A stretch of DNA of 64,000 nucleotides from Eledone cirrhosa (Eukaryota), in assembly GCA_964016885.1 (NCBI GenBank), contig OZ024752.1, forward strand, positions 35,898,001 to 35,962,000, in the 5' to 3' direction. The notes under the pieces were generated by a model, which had not been told where the DNA came from, made no database searches, and saw only the letters and a program-made list of their open reading frames with translations. The position numbers and the translations under genes are program-made. The first letter of the stretch is position 1. Each line of letters begins with the position of its first letter. Of the stretch, positions 63,542-64,000 are shown one piece after another.

Positions 63542-64000
63542 GATACATTACATACCCTGAGATGTTAATTGGTTAAGGTTTAATCAAGGTAGTGATTAAC
63601 CTAAGAGAAGATTTAACATATATACCCTAATTATGAGAAAATGCGAAAACGTAATAAATTCATTAGAGGTGTAAGAAAAACGTTGCTTAATGTAACTGTA
63701 CTAGAGATTTTAAAATGTATGATACTACGATATTTAGAAATGATAACACACTTATTGAATTTATAAAACTAATATATAAATAACCAGCAAATAATCCTGA
63801 AATCTGGAGTCTTCACCCTAATATTATAAATTAAATATTCTCAAATTTAACCGTTTAACTTTCGGAAAAAATCTCCTTCTGCATATATCACCCCACCCCC
63901 CTTTATCTTTCCCTCTTTATAAATCCTTTTCCAGGGGCTAACACTGGCTGTTATGATTCATGATATGTTTTCCTAGATATATCGTAGTATCATACATTTT

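Overview
AT-rich animal genomic DNA saturated with microsatellites. The SINE complement and (TA)n/(CA)n density suggest a cephalopod (octopus-like) genome; this is an inference. The only host gene I can support is a minus-strand monocarboxylate transporter (SLC16/MCT family), seen as two spliced exons (6879-7154 and 3315-3458). The rest is intronic or intergenic repeat. The centrepiece is a head-to-tail array of three ~5.7 kb full-length Tx1/L1-clade non-LTR retrotransposons (17001-34199, minus strand; copy 3 has both ORFs intact). The array sits inside a 16-bp GATA-rich satellite and every junction lies in (GATA)n. Two 5'-truncated copies of a diverged relative (37731-39188) also sit in (TATC)n, which points to a GATA/TATC-microsatellite-targeting lineage. 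A second theme is Penelope-like elements (PLEs): one GIY-YIG ORF, at least seven minimal type I hammerhead ribozyme motifs read directly from the sequence, and many fold-back (palindromic) short elements in (TA)n. One of these appears to have captured a copy of neighbouring DNA at its axis. The window also holds fragments of RTE, CR1, R4/Dong and CRE-like LINEs, a non-autonomous RTE derivative, an internally deleted mariner, dozens of tRNA-derived SINEs and several minisatellites. Most short ORFs in the track are microsatellite or antisense artefacts.
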